Both the position numbers and the translations under genes were made by a program. From an uncultured Gemmatimonadales bacterium (GTDB lineage: Bacteria > Gemmatimonadota > Gemmatimonadetes > Longimicrobiales > RSA9), in assembly GCA_963798085.1 (NCBI GenBank), contig CAWCRS010000003.1, positions 160,001-224,000 of the forward strand: DNA of 64,000 nt. Reading direction: 5' to 3'. Positions 41,757 to 52,052 of this stretch are shown here, piece after piece. Within the stretch, counting starts at the first letter, position 1. Each line of letters begins with the position of its first letter. Under the pieces are notes generated by a model. That model was not told the DNA's origin. It ran no database searches and saw nothing but the letters and a program-made list of their open reading frames with translations.

Positions 41757-44600
41757 TCAGCCTTCCAGCGCGCGCACGAAGTCCGGCAGTGTGGTGCTGG
41801 CGCCCACATCAATGCGTGGCAGCGCCAGCCGGTCATCGGTGCGCTGGCTGCGCCGGTCGCCACGCGCCACTGCTATGCGGAAGCCGCAGCCACTCACGAT
41901 GTGTCGCATCACGCCGTCCGCCGCCGCCACCAGATACGCGAACACCGACACGCGCTCGCCCAGTGCCTGCTCCAGCAGCAGCCTCGAGGTCACGGCTTCG
42001 TGCACGGCTTCGTCGGCGCGCATGCCGAGCAGGCTGATACCGTTGGCCGCGTGCGCGCCGAACTGCACGCCCTCGTCATGCAGCCGGCGGATGCTGCGCC
42101 AGTCGAGCCGTCCATCGTCGTGCGCGGACGTTTCCCGGATCAACGCGGCCGGCACGAACACCGTGGCGTGAAGGCCGTGGCGTCGCAGGACGGGCCAGGC
42201 ATGCTCGGCGAAGCTGCGCTCCGCCCCGTCGAACGTGAGCGCCACACAACGCCCGCGCAGCGGGCGGTGCGCGGCCGTGGCCTCCTGCCATTCGCCGAGT
42301 GTGACGGTGCGATAGCCGGCCTGCCGCAGGTGCGCCATCTGCTCCCCGAAAGCCGCCAGGCTCACCTCGCCTGCCGCGGGCGCAGTCCTGGCGCCCGCCA
42401 GACCCGCGTAGCGCAGAATGGGCAGCACCGTGGTGAGCCACATGTCATGGTCGCTGCCGGCCTGCGTGAGCGGCGGTCGAGGCCGCCGCACGGGCGCCGC
42501 CATCACCTCGGGCGCGGAGACCACCACCTGCCGGCCGGCGCGGGCCGGTTGCAGGGAAGCGACCGGTTCGCCTGCCCCCTGCCATGCACGACTCAGTAAC
42601 TCGGCGTTAGAAGAGGGCAGGCGCACCCGCCCGCAGCCGCTGCCCGGCGTGCCCCCCAGCACCAGCGTCGCCGCGCCCGGCACCGCCAGCTGCGCGGCCG
42701 CGCGACCGGCGCCCGGACTCATGCGCAACCGCGCAGGCATGAGCGGCGCCGCCGGCAGGCGCTGCGCACGCGCGGCTCGCCACAGCCGCACGCGCAGCGG
42801 TATGTCCGCACCCAGCGACCGGCCCACCAGCGCTTCGCGCACGGCAACCCGGCACAGTTGAAATCCCGCCGCGCTGGTCAGCGCCACGCGCAAGCGGCGA
42901 GGTGAGACGCGGCCCTCGCGCAGCGGAATCCAGAGGCAGGTCACGGGCGTACCGCCGATCCACAACTCCACAAGCACGCGCTCACCATCGCCACGCAACG
43001 ACGGCAGCTTGCGCCCGGCCTCGATGACGACGCCGGAAGCCGGCGCGTGCACCGAAGGCCCGGTGAGGCTGTACCAGCGCGCGCCGGGCTCGTCCTCATT
43101 GTAGAACGCGTCCATACGCGCACGCGGCAGACCCCACAGCTCCTGGAGCAGCACCTGCCAGCCTATGGCATCGTGCAATTCGGACCCGATGGTGGTCGCT
43201 TCGCGCTCGAGGCCCGCTGTCAGCTGCACACCGCCGCGGCTCGCCGTGTAGCCGCCCTGCTCTCGACGAAAGCGGAGTTCCCGGTACACACCCCGCGCAA
43301 AGAAGCGGCCCAGCAGTACCCATGCGAAACGCTCGGCAATGGCGTCGGCGATCACCTGCGCGGCAACACTGCCATCGACCACGGGCAGCTCGAGTGTGCC
43401 CAGTGCTTCGCCGTCCGCGAAGCAGTGCAGGAGCAGGACATCGGCATTTGGAATTGCCAGCGATGGAATCGGCGCCGTGATTTCCAGCGGGCGTACGTGG
43501 GTGCAGCCGGCCGTAAGCGTGGCGTCCGCGGGGGCCGCACGCAGCATGGCGCGATCGAGGTAGCTGAGCGTGCGTCGCGTGAGACCCGGCGAGGGTACGC
43601 GCGCCTCCAGTGCATCGACGAAGGACTGCGTGCTGGACCGGATGGCAGCCCAGTGCTGCAGAAGGCGCTCGCCGTGGCCCATGCTGGCGACGAGCATGGC
43701 CGCGTGCAACGTGATGGCAACGTCCTCCGCGTCGATCACCTGCGCCGCCGCGCGTGCCACGTCATCGAGCAGCGCCACCGGATCTTCACCGCTGGCCAGC
43801 ATGAGGCCCGCCGGCCAGCACACCCACCGCAGCATTGACGTGGTCAGTTCGCTCAGTGGCATGCCCGCGGCGTACGCGGGCAGCGGTATGCGCACGCGCG
43901 GGTCAGCCGCGTGCGCGCTGGTCAGCACCCGCCGGGCCGCATTCCACAGCGGCCGTACCCGCGTGGTCAGTGATCCCGCGCGCAGGCGGTACTCGACCAG
44001 TGGCTCGCGCAGCGTGGCCCAGCGTGCGCCCGCGCGCGCCAGTCGCAGCCACAGGTCCCAGTCCTCGCACACGGCAAACGATGGATCGAACGCGCCCGCC
44101 TTCAGCACCGTCGCCCGCCGCACCATGCAGCCGTGAATCACAGTGGCGCAGTAACGGGAGAAGGCGGCAAACGGCTCCCCGAAGAACTCCGGGTATTCCG
44201 CCGGCATGACGGCGCCGTCCGGCCCCACGCGGGTCCAGCCGCAGCAAAGGGCATCCACATCGGGCGCCTCGTCCAGCTTTTCGCACATGCGGCCCAGCGC
44301 GTTGGGTAACAGCGTGTCATCAGCATCGAGGAAGAGCAGCCAGTCCGCGGACGCCCGTGTCAGGCCGGCATTGCGCGCCGCTGCCGCGCCCGCGTGCTCG
44401 CACCGCAGCAGGTGGATGCGCGCGTCCACCTCGCGCTGTACTACTGCCACGGTGCCATCAGTCGACCCGTCGTCGACCACGATGGCCTCCCAGTCCGTCA
44501 TGTGCTGCGCGCGCAGCGAAGCCAGTGCCGCCTGTACGGTGGCTTCCGCCTGCCACGCGGCCATGATGACCGAGACCCGGGGCCGCTCCCCTGCGCCCAT
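41757..44600 (-). CDS. GT2 glycosyltransferase fused to a degenerate polysaccharide deacetylase domain
   Basis: N-terminal VDDGSTD, ARNAG, FLDADD and EDWDLW. C-terminal PILRY, TFDGA, ATVFV and LPRI. Confidence 0.85.
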   Translation of the reverse strand: MGAGERPRVSVIMAAWQAEATVQAALASLRAQHMTDWEAIVVDDGSTDGTVAVVQREVDARIHLLRCEHAGAAAARNAGLTRASADWLLFLDADDTLLPNALGRMCEKLDEAPDVDALCCGWTRVGPDGAVMPAEYPEFFGEPFAAFSRYCATVIHGCMVRRATVLKAGAFDPSFAVCEDWDLWLRLARAGARWATLREPLVEYRLRAGSLTTRVRPLWNAARRVLTSAHAADPRVRIPLPAYAAGMPLSELTTSMLRWVCWPAGLMLASGEDPVALLDDVARAAAQVIDAEDVAITLHAAMLVASMGHGERLLQHWAAIRSSTQSFVDALEARVPSPGLTRRTLSYLDRAMLRAAPADATLTAGCTHVRPLEITAPIPSLAIPNADVLLLHCFADGEALGTLELPVVDGSVAAQVIADAIAERFAWVLLGRFFARGVYRELRFRREQGGYTASRGGVQLTAGLEREATTIGSELHDAIGWQVLLQELWGLPRARMDAFYNEDEPGARWYSLTGPSVHAPASGVVIEAGRKLPSLRGDGERVLVELWIGGTPVTCLWIPLREGRVSPRRLRVALTSAAGFQLCRVAVREALVGRSLGADIPLRVRLWRAARAQRLPAAPLMPARLRMSPGAGRAAAQLAVPGAATLVLGGTPGSGCGRVRLPSSNAELLSRAWQGAGEPVASLQPARAGRQVVVSAPEVMAAPVRRPRPPLTQAGSDHDMWLTTVLPILRYAGLAGARTAPAAGEVSLAAFGEQMAHLRQAGYRTVTLGEWQEATAAHRPLRGRCVALTFDGAERSFAEHAWPVLRRHGLHATVFVPAALIRETSAHDDGRLDWRSIRRLHDEGVQFGAHAANGISLLGMRADEAVHEAVTSRLLLEQALGERVSVFAYLVAAADGVMRHIVSGCGFRIAVARGDRRSQRTDDRLALPRIDVGASTTLPDFVRALEG

Positions 44601-46756
44601 CAGTGTCCCGGCGGCTGCGGCACGGTGTCACGCGCAACGGCGGCGGTGTCGCGCACGACAGTCCGCTCCCAGATCTCCACCTGCGGGTCATCGTACACGC
44701 GCTGGAAATACGTCTGCAGCGTGCTGGCGCGCGTCAGCATGAAGCTCTCCCAGGTCTGTTCGTCCGGAAACCCGTTGTTCTCGAGAAAGCGCATCTCGCG
44801 GAACAGGTATGTGATTCCCAGGGAATCAATGCGCGCGATCACGTCGCTCTCATCGTCGTCCGCCGTCCACAGATCACGCAACGCCGGCGCCAGCGCGTTC
44901 AGCCGGCCCTGCACGCCCAGGAAATGATCGCCCCCGGCATAGGCCAGGACGACAGCGCCGGGCGGAAGATGCGCGTCCGCCCAGGCCCAGGCGTTGGCCG
45001 TGTGCACTTCGCGCTGCCTGTAGGTTGCCGCCGTCTCCGATCCCACCACCACCATGGGGATCGCTCGCCTGGTGTTGGCCAGCCAGCCCTGCCACTCGCG
45101 GCGGTCACCCTCGTGCAGCGGTGTGAACGCCGGCAGCTGCAATCCCAGCACACCCGCCAGGAACAACCACAGCAGAATGCGTGGCGGCCACGCCATTGCC
45201 GCTCCCAGACGCGTGACGCCGGCGGCCGCCAGCAGCGCGAACAGCGGTGTTACCGGAATCAGCCAGCGCAGCTGGAAACTGGCCAGCGGCAATGCCCAGA
45301 GGGCGAGAAACCCGAAGGCAAAGACCGCGATGGCGCGCAGTCCCGACGCCTTTGCCGGTTGCGCCGGCCGCAGCAGCAGCCCCGGTATCAACGCCAGCAG
45401 CAGCGGCCCCACCGTGCCCGCGTAGTGCGCACCGTGCATGGTCGCGTCCCAGGGCAGTAACAGCAGGTTGCGCAGTGTGCGCGGCTGGCCGAACTGTCCC
45501 ATGAAGCGCGCCAGTGCCTCGTTCGCCGTGTCATCCCAGCGGTCGCCCACGGCGCCCAGCAGGCTGTACAGCTGCGGCGACAGCGGATCGCCACCCAGCC
45601 AGTACGCGCGCGCGTACCAGATCAGGGGCGGCCCCAGCGACACGAGCGCGAGGAGCAGCACGGGCCGCAGCGCCGCGAGCAGGCTGCGCTGCTTCCGCCA
45701 CAGCTGCACGGCCAGCCAGGGCGCCGCCAGCACCGCCACCAGAATGGCTACGTGCTTCGTACCCAGTCCTAACCCGAGATTAAGAGCGGCCGCGAGCAGT
45801 GCGCCGCGCGCGCCGCTGCCGATGTAGGCCAGCAGCGCGCCCACCATCAGCGTGACGTGCAGCGCCAGCGCCACGTCGGTGTAGGCGGTCGATGCGTCCC
45901 ACTGCACGATGGGAAGCGATGCCAGCAGTGCGACGGGCAGCCAGGGCGACATGCCCGGCGCCACCCGCCGCGCCAGCCCGTACACCGCCGCCAGGGTGAG
46001 AATCAGCGCGCCGAAATGCAGCAGGACCGCCGTCTGCTCGCCGCCCAGCGCCAGGCCGTACCCGAACCACAGTTCCCACGTCATGGGGTAGAGCGACACG
46101 TACTCCGTGGGCACATCGACGAGGTGGCCCTGCGCGAGCGCCAACCGCGGAAAGAAGAGGTGGTACCACAGCGCGTCGTACTCCCGCTCCGGCGCCAGTG
46201 CGAAGAACAGCGTGACGCCCAGCAGCAGAATCGCGCAGGCCATCCATGGCACGTGCTTCATTCGCGGTCGCCGCAGTCGCGGGTTCACGCCGGGCTGATT
46301 GCGCCAGGCAACGAGCCCCAGCCACCAGGCCAGCACGGCGGACGCGACCCCGAACAGCACCCACGGGCGGTACCAGCCGAAGAGCGCGAGCCCCAGGCCC
46401 AGTGTGGCAAACGCGCCAATGCCCAGCGCGCCGCACATGGCGAACCACTCGCTCGCGTATTCGCTCTCCCAGCGCAGCAGCCGCGTGATGCGCGAGCCCA
46501 GCACGACGGCCGCCAGCATTAGCATGATGGCGACGCTGATCGAGGTCAGGTCGTGCTGCAGGGCGGGGATTAGCCAGGGAAGCCGGTTGCCGCGTTTCCA
46601 GCCTTCGAGCAGCGGCCAGTACGACTCGAGTCCGCGACGCCAGCGCAGGACGGCGCGGAAATACACGGATAGTACCAGCAATGCCCAGCCCGTGATCGCA
46701 GTGGCGAAAAGCGCGCGTGCGATCCTCGCCGTTACGCGCCTTCGCCTCTCGCTCAC
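44600..46756 (-). CDS. GT-C (ArnT/PMT-like) polytopic membrane glycosyltransferase
   Basis: Many TM segments, DALWYHL, YP..W, AYTD, GTKH, WY.R.Y...GDPL.P and RW.IP. Confidence 0.75.
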   Translation of the reverse strand: MSERRRRVTARIARALFATAITGWALLVLSVYFRAVLRWRRGLESYWPLLEGWKRGNRLPWLIPALQHDLTSISVAIMLMLAAVVLGSRITRLLRWESEYASEWFAMCGALGIGAFATLGLGLALFGWYRPWVLFGVASAVLAWWLGLVAWRNQPGVNPRLRRPRMKHVPWMACAILLLGVTLFFALAPEREYDALWYHLFFPRLALAQGHLVDVPTEYVSLYPMTWELWFGYGLALGGEQTAVLLHFGALILTLAAVYGLARRVAPGMSPWLPVALLASLPIVQWDASTAYTDVALALHVTLMVGALLAYIGSGARGALLAAALNLGLGLGTKHVAILVAVLAAPWLAVQLWRKQRSLLAALRPVLLLALVSLGPPLIWYARAYWLGGDPLSPQLYSLLGAVGDRWDDTANEALARFMGQFGQPRTLRNLLLLPWDATMHGAHYAGTVGPLLLALIPGLLLRPAQPAKASGLRAIAVFAFGFLALWALPLASFQLRWLIPVTPLFALLAAAGVTRLGAAMAWPPRILLWLFLAGVLGLQLPAFTPLHEGDRREWQGWLANTRRAIPMVVVGSETAATYRQREVHTANAWAWADAHLPPGAVVLAYAGGDHFLGVQGRLNALAPALRDLWTADDDESDVIARIDSLGITYLFREMRFLENNGFPDEQTWESFMLTRASTLQTYFQRVYDDPQVEIWERTVVRDTAAVARDTVPQPPGH

Positions 46757-48531
46757 ACGATGCTGGCCCTTTGCATCTGCGCTATGAAAGCGGCCAGGTC
46801 CGCGTCCCCGTCCACTTCAATGCGCGGCAGCGAAAGCATGCTGTCGCCGAAGGATGCGGGGCGAGGTCCGACGCCCAGGCCAAAGCTGAAACCGCAACCG
46901 GAGGTCAGGTGAGCAACCACGTCATCGTAAATGCCATAAGGGTAGGCCAGCGCCCGGGGCGGCAGGCCTGTCTCGCGGATGAGTGCGCTGCGACAGCGGG
47001 TCAACTGCTCGACAATGCCTTCTAACGACATGTCAGTCAATGGTCGATGCCCGGCCCCATGCCCGCCCAGCTCCACACCTTCCGCCTGCAGGGCGCGCAG
47101 TTCGTCCCAGTCCAGCAGCGGCACGGTTTCGCCGAGTTCCGCGTCCCACGCGTTCGCGCCGCCTACGTGATCCGTGGGCACGAAGAGCGTCGCGCCGAAC
47201 CCGTACTGCCGCAGGATGGGCCAGGCCACTTCGCCAAAATCCCGGTAGGCGTCGTCGAACGTGATGGCGACTCCCTTGCCCGCCAGCGGCCGCCGCGCAG
47301 AAACCGCCGCGAACCACTCCATGAGCGACACGGAATGGTATCCCTGCTCGCGCAGCCATTGCAGCTGCGCCTCCAGCAGCGCCGGTGGGAGGCGGTAGCG
47401 CGCGGTCAAATCCGATCCCGCCGAAGCCACACGGTGATACATGAGAATGGGCAGCCAGCGGGTCCCGCCTGCCTCCACCAGCCTTGCCTCCGGGACGCCG
47501 AGCTCGGGCCGGTGCGTGCACGGCACCACCAGCTCGGGCGAGTACATCACCCATTTGGGAGCCCGGCTGGCGTCCGGCGGCGTCACCACCGGCTCGCCCG
47601 CGAGCAGGGCGCTCTCCTGCAGGACACCCGCGCTCCCGGCCGGAAACGAGACCCGCCGCGTCACCGCGTCGCCCAGTGCCGTGTGTTCGCGACGGCCCAG
47701 CGCCATGCCCTGCCGCACCGGCGTCCCGCCCAGCGCGGTGCGCGCGACATCCAGCGGCTTCGGTTCGTAACCCTCGCGCGGGAAATGGGCCGTGCTCAGC
47801 AGCTGGCGCCGCACACTGCGGCTCGCTTCCGCCGCGCTACCCAGCATGCCCCCGCGCACGGTGATCACGCACAACTCGTAGCCGCCGCGGTCGAGCAGCA
47901 GCTCCTTCAGGTCCGCCCCGTCGAACTGTACGGGCCCACCCTGCCACCACACCGTGGCCAGGCGGCCGCCCAGTGTGCTGACGATGAGCGCGCCCTCCTC
48001 GCCGATCTCCACCGCAGGCAGCGGTTCCAGCAGCTCCAGCGTGTTGGCCCGCTCGGTCGACAGCCGCAGAACACGGCCCGCCGCGGCTGCGCGACCGGAT
48101 GGCGAGACCGGCGCCATCACCGGCTCCTGCGACATGTCGAAGAGCAGGCGCAGGAAGAAATCCCAGCCCACGGTGTCATGCAGCAGCTCGGCAAAGTCGG
48201 GATCGTCGGGGCGACGCGGCAGCGTCGCGATCACTTCGTCCCCGGCCCGCACGATCGTGCCCTCACCATCAGGAATGCGCGTGAGCTGCTGGTATTCGCG
48301 GCGTGCGAAGCGCAGGCTCAGCATGTGCCAGGCGAAGCGCGCCGCCACGGCATCGCGCAGCACGCCTCGCGCCAGAATGCTGGCCGGAGCGGGCAGGTCC
48401 AGCTCGCCCACAGGCGTGCCCTGATAACGCAGTGTCAGGTGCAGGCGCTCGACGCCGGCGGGGGCGTAGATGCCGCCCACCGGCCGGGCCAGCTCCAGAT
48501 CAACGCGCTCGTGGTCAGCGATCACCGCCAT
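46753..48531 (-). CDS. Polysaccharide deacetylase (CE4/NodB-like) with N-terminal unknown domain
   Basis: PILMYHRV, ITFDDAY, ATLFV, GGHGAGH, AYPYG and LPRI. Confidence 0.88.
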   Translation of the reverse strand: MAVIADHERVDLELARPVGGIYAPAGVERLHLTLRYQGTPVGELDLPAPASILARGVLRDAVAARFAWHMLSLRFARREYQQLTRIPDGEGTIVRAGDEVIATLPRRPDDPDFAELLHDTVGWDFFLRLLFDMSQEPVMAPVSPSGRAAAAGRVLRLSTERANTLELLEPLPAVEIGEEGALIVSTLGGRLATVWWQGGPVQFDGADLKELLLDRGGYELCVITVRGGMLGSAAEASRSVRRQLLSTAHFPREGYEPKPLDVARTALGGTPVRQGMALGRREHTALGDAVTRRVSFPAGSAGVLQESALLAGEPVVTPPDASRAPKWVMYSPELVVPCTHRPELGVPEARLVEAGGTRWLPILMYHRVASAGSDLTARYRLPPALLEAQLQWLREQGYHSVSLMEWFAAVSARRPLAGKGVAITFDDAYRDFGEVAWPILRQYGFGATLFVPTDHVGGANAWDAELGETVPLLDWDELRALQAEGVELGGHGAGHRPLTDMSLEGIVEQLTRCRSALIRETGLPPRALAYPYGIYDDVVAHLTSGCGFSFGLGVGPRPASFGDSMLSLPRIEVDGDADLAAFIAQMQRASIV

Positions 48532-48558
48532 GGACTCCAGAACGAGGCAAACAGACTG

Positions 48559-49521
48559 TCAGGATGGATCGGGGATGCGCCCCTCGCAGGCCTCGCGGAA
48601 GGCCTGCAGCTCCGCACCGTCGCGGGCCTCGGCCCGCACGCCCTCCCAGTACCACGCGATCTGCGCGTAGCGCGCCGTACGGCTCCACCATTCGCCGCCT
48701 CGCCGGTGCCACGCCACCGCGTGCGCCTCCACCAGCCGCTCGCGCAGCCCGCGGCGGGCCATGAAGGGACCGGGCGAAAGCCGTGCGATTTCGGCCGCGG
48801 CCTCCGGGTGCAGACGGCGGAACCGCACATCCGCCTGCCCCATCGAGCGCCACTGCCGGATCCATTCGCGCGCTGCCTTGCGGTAGCGGTGTACGCCTCG
48901 CGCCGCCGGCTCGTGCACGAAGCGCGCGCCGGCGCGCAGCAGACGGTAGCCCAGCTCGTAGTCCTCGCGCCCGTATCCCGTGAACACCGCGTTGAATCCG
49001 CCGTGCTCCAGGAACCAGTCCCGCTCCAGCGAGACGTTGCCCGTGACGAAATCACGGAAGCTGGCCACGTGGTCCGGCTTCGCCATCTCCACGAGCTCCC
49101 CGTCCCACCATTCCCGGACGACACGATAATGCGCGGGTTCGGGTGAGTGCACCTCCATGGGCAGTGCGCCCGTGACCACGGTATGCGGCTGCGCGTGATG
49201 CCGCAGGTGGGCCCGCACCAGACCCGGCACGGCGATGATGTCGTCATCGAGAAAGATGATGACGGCCGCCGCTGCCGCGCGTGCGCCCGCGTTCCTCGCC
49301 TGTCCCTGCCCCTGCCGTGGGCCCGTCAGTGAGCGCACGGGTACGGCCCCGTTCCGCTTCGCCACCACGCGCTCGGAATCCGCATCCTCGCCGTCGATGG
49401 CGACGATGACCTCGAAACTGCCCGGCGCCGCGTCCTGTGCCGCCAGCGCCGCCAGCGTCGCGTCCAGCAGGGCCGGCCGGCCGCGCGTGGGAATCACGAC
49501 CGAGGCGCGCGGCTCGCTCAC
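48559..49521 (-). CDS. GT2 glycosyltransferase
   Basis: SVVIPT, ARNAG, FLDDD, GGFN and EDYELGYRL. GTG start overlaps the upstream stop. Confidence 0.9.
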   Translation of the reverse strand: MSEPRASVVIPTRGRPALLDATLAALAAQDAAPGSFEVIVAIDGEDADSERVVAKRNGAVPVRSLTGPRQGQGQARNAGARAAAAAVIIFLDDDIIAVPGLVRAHLRHHAQPHTVVTGALPMEVHSPEPAHYRVVREWWDGELVEMAKPDHVASFRDFVTGNVSLERDWFLEHGGFNAVFTGYGREDYELGYRLLRAGARFVHEPAARGVHRYRKAAREWIRQWRSMGQADVRFRRLHPEAAAEIARLSPGPFMARRGLRERLVEAHAVAWHRRGGEWWSRTARYAQIAWYWEGVRAEARDGAELQAFREACEGRIPDPS

Positions 49522-50495
49522 CCGCCGTTCCCTGCTGCACTGCGTTCGCGACGCAGGCGCCGCCGCGCCTGCCAGAGCGCGACCGGCCCCCACCACGATC
49601 CCATCAGCTCCGCCAGCACCAGACGCGGCGGCAGTTCGCCGTTGCGGCGTGAAAACGAATTGGGCAGCCGCGTGATGTGCCACCACATGTACTTCACGGC
49701 CGCGGGCGGAATGCGCCGGTCGCGGGTGCGCAGCCACCAGTGCGTCCAGAAAGCGAACACGCCCACACCGTAGCCGAACAGCTGGCGGCGCAGCTCGGGC
49801 AGCGTGCGCCGGTGCCGATGGCGCACGCTGGCGCGCGGCTCGTAGATCAGGCGGTGTCCCGCCTCAATGAAGCGCGCGAACATCTCTGTGTCGCCACCGC
49901 TGTGCGTCTCCGTGCCCGCGTCGAATGCCTCATCGAACGGGCCTACGCCCGCCAGCAGCGCGCGCGGAAACGCCATGTTAGCGCCGGCACCCACGTGTCC
50001 GGCGAATGCCGGCGGCCAGGGCAGCACGTACTCGCGACGCTGGTCGCGGCGCCGCTTCCCCGCCATGTACAGCAGGTACTCCTCGAAGAGCCGCTGCGCC
50101 GGCGTCTCCAGCTCGGCCGGCTGCACCGCGCCCGCCATGCCGCCCACGTTGGGCTCCTCCAGGACCTCACGCACGCAGCGCGTCCAGTCGGCATCGGGAA
50201 TGGCGTCATCATCGGTGTAGGCGACAATGTCACCGGTGCTCGCCTGCGCTCCGGCGTTGCGCGCAATGTCCAGGCCCTTGCGCGCCTCCTGGATGTAGCG
50301 CACACCCGCCTGTTCGCACACCGCGCGGGTCCGCTCCGTGCGCGGCGCGTTGTCCACGACAATGACCTCGATGGGCGGCTCGACCTGCGCCGCCAGTGCC
50401 GCCAGGCAGCGCACCAGGTCATCCGGCCGCTCGTGCGTGCACACCACGACGGACACCGTCAGTCTGCGGCCGGCGGTCTCCCCCGCTTCTGTCAT
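49518..50495 (-). CDS. GT2 glycosyltransferase
   Basis: SVVVCT, VVDN, GLDIARN, YTDDD, GANMAF and GGDTE. Confidence 0.92.
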   Translation of the reverse strand: MTEAGETAGRRLTVSVVVCTHERPDDLVRCLAALAAQVEPPIEVIVVDNAPRTERTRAVCEQAGVRYIQEARKGLDIARNAGAQASTGDIVAYTDDDAIPDADWTRCVREVLEEPNVGGMAGAVQPAELETPAQRLFEEYLLYMAGKRRRDQRREYVLPWPPAFAGHVGAGANMAFPRALLAGVGPFDEAFDAGTETHSGGDTEMFARFIEAGHRLIYEPRASVRHRHRRTLPELRRQLFGYGVGVFAFWTHWWLRTRDRRIPPAAVKYMWWHITRLPNSFSRRNGELPPRLVLAELMGSWWGPVALWQARRRLRRERSAAGNGG

Positions 50496-52052
50496 GCTGC
50501 GCTCCTTTCGCGCAACCACTTCTGCACTCGCCGGGCCGCGGCGCGCCGGTTCATGCCCAGCAGGACGCTGGCGAATTGCGCGGCCGCCGCGTCCCGCAAT
50601 CGGTCGGCACCCACACAGCCGGCCACCACCGGCAGCTTCAGCTCGCCCAGCAGCACACCGTCGAGGCGCACCTGCACGCGCACGCGGGCCGCACTGCCCA
50701 GACCACGCAGCGGCGAGGGCGCTTCCCGCAGCTCCACCGAAGCGTTGACTTCGCTGTTCGCGTCGACCGGCGGGTGCAGCTTCTGGAAAGCACGGGGAAC
50801 AGCGTCGTCGCCTGCAGACCGATAACGGGCCGGACCCTCACGCTGGGCGCGCCACTCGCGCAGCACCATCTCGGACGGGAAACGACGACCCAGGCGGGCG
50901 CGCAGGTAGCGCTGTGCGAACCAGGTCCGGTCCAGCCAGCGCCGCAGCGCCAGCGCGGGCGCCGCTTCCTCCGGGAACGCGAGCGAAATGCTGGTCAGGT
51001 ACGCGGCCATGCCTGTGCCCCAGCTGACCAGCTGTGCGTCCAGCTCCGCACGCGTGCGCCAATGGCGGTGGCGCACGACCGCGGCCGGCTCGTAGAGCAG
51101 CAGCCCACCTGCCTTCAGCACGCGGAAGAACATCCCCAGGTCACCCGCACCGCCCGCTGGCGTGCCGGCGTCCAGCGCCGGATCGAAGCCACCCACACGG
51201 CCGAGCGCTTCCCGTCGAACAGCCATGTTCGCGCCCGTCCCCAGCTTGCCGGTGTTGCCGTGGCGCCGCGCGATGGGTCCGTCCGACTCCGCCAGGTACC
51301 AGCGCCGCTCCATGCCCCGGCCAAAACCCAGGTAACGCTCGAACAGCCACTGCGCCTCGGTCTCCAGCTCGAGCGGCAGCACCAGGCCGGTGATGGCGCT
51401 GACATCCGGATTGCGGGCGAAACGCGCCGCCAGCGTCCGCACCCACGCGACATCGGCGCGCGCATCGTCATCGGTGAAGGCTAACAGCGTGCGAGTCGTT
51501 TCCGCCGCCGCGCGGTTGCGCGCCCGGTCCAGGCCGGGACGCTCCTCGCGCACGTAGCGCACGCCGGGATGCGCGCGCACCAGCGTTTCCGTCACCGCAT
51601 CACGCGGCGCACTGTCCACCACCACCAGCTCCGCGCCCGCCGCCGTGGCGATCAATGCGGGCAGCGCCTGGCCCAGCTCAGCCGGTCGTTCGCGTGTGCA
51701 CAGCACCACTGCCACGTCGCGGCCGTCCGCGGCATTCTGCATCCGGCGCCGCCTCCAGCAGCTGCTCCAGCCGGCCGCCCGCCGCCAGGGGTCGCCTCGC
51801 CGCGCGCCGGGCCAGCAGCGCCACAACATTGCCCGCCAGCGGCAGCGCCCGCCGACACGCTTCCGCTCGCCCGTCCGCCGACCAGTTGAACCCGACTACG
51901 CCCGCCGGCTCACCATGCAGACGGATGCACGCCTCCACCCTGGTGCCTTCCCGCGGGTCCGCCGCCAGCGGCTCCCCGGGAATCAACTCGAGGTCGACCG
52001 GCAGCAGGGGCGTGAACGCGTGCTCCGGCTCGCGCTTCGCCAGGCCGCTCAT
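50492..52052 (-). CDS. GT2 glycosyltransferase, probably frameshifted at ~51745 (alternatively two genes, the second starting at ATG 51742)
   Basis: Core motifs VVLCTRER, GLDRARN, FTDDD, GTGANM and GGAGD. The N-terminal segment (IRLHGEPAG) lies in a different frame that overlaps the wzt stop. Confidence 0.8.
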
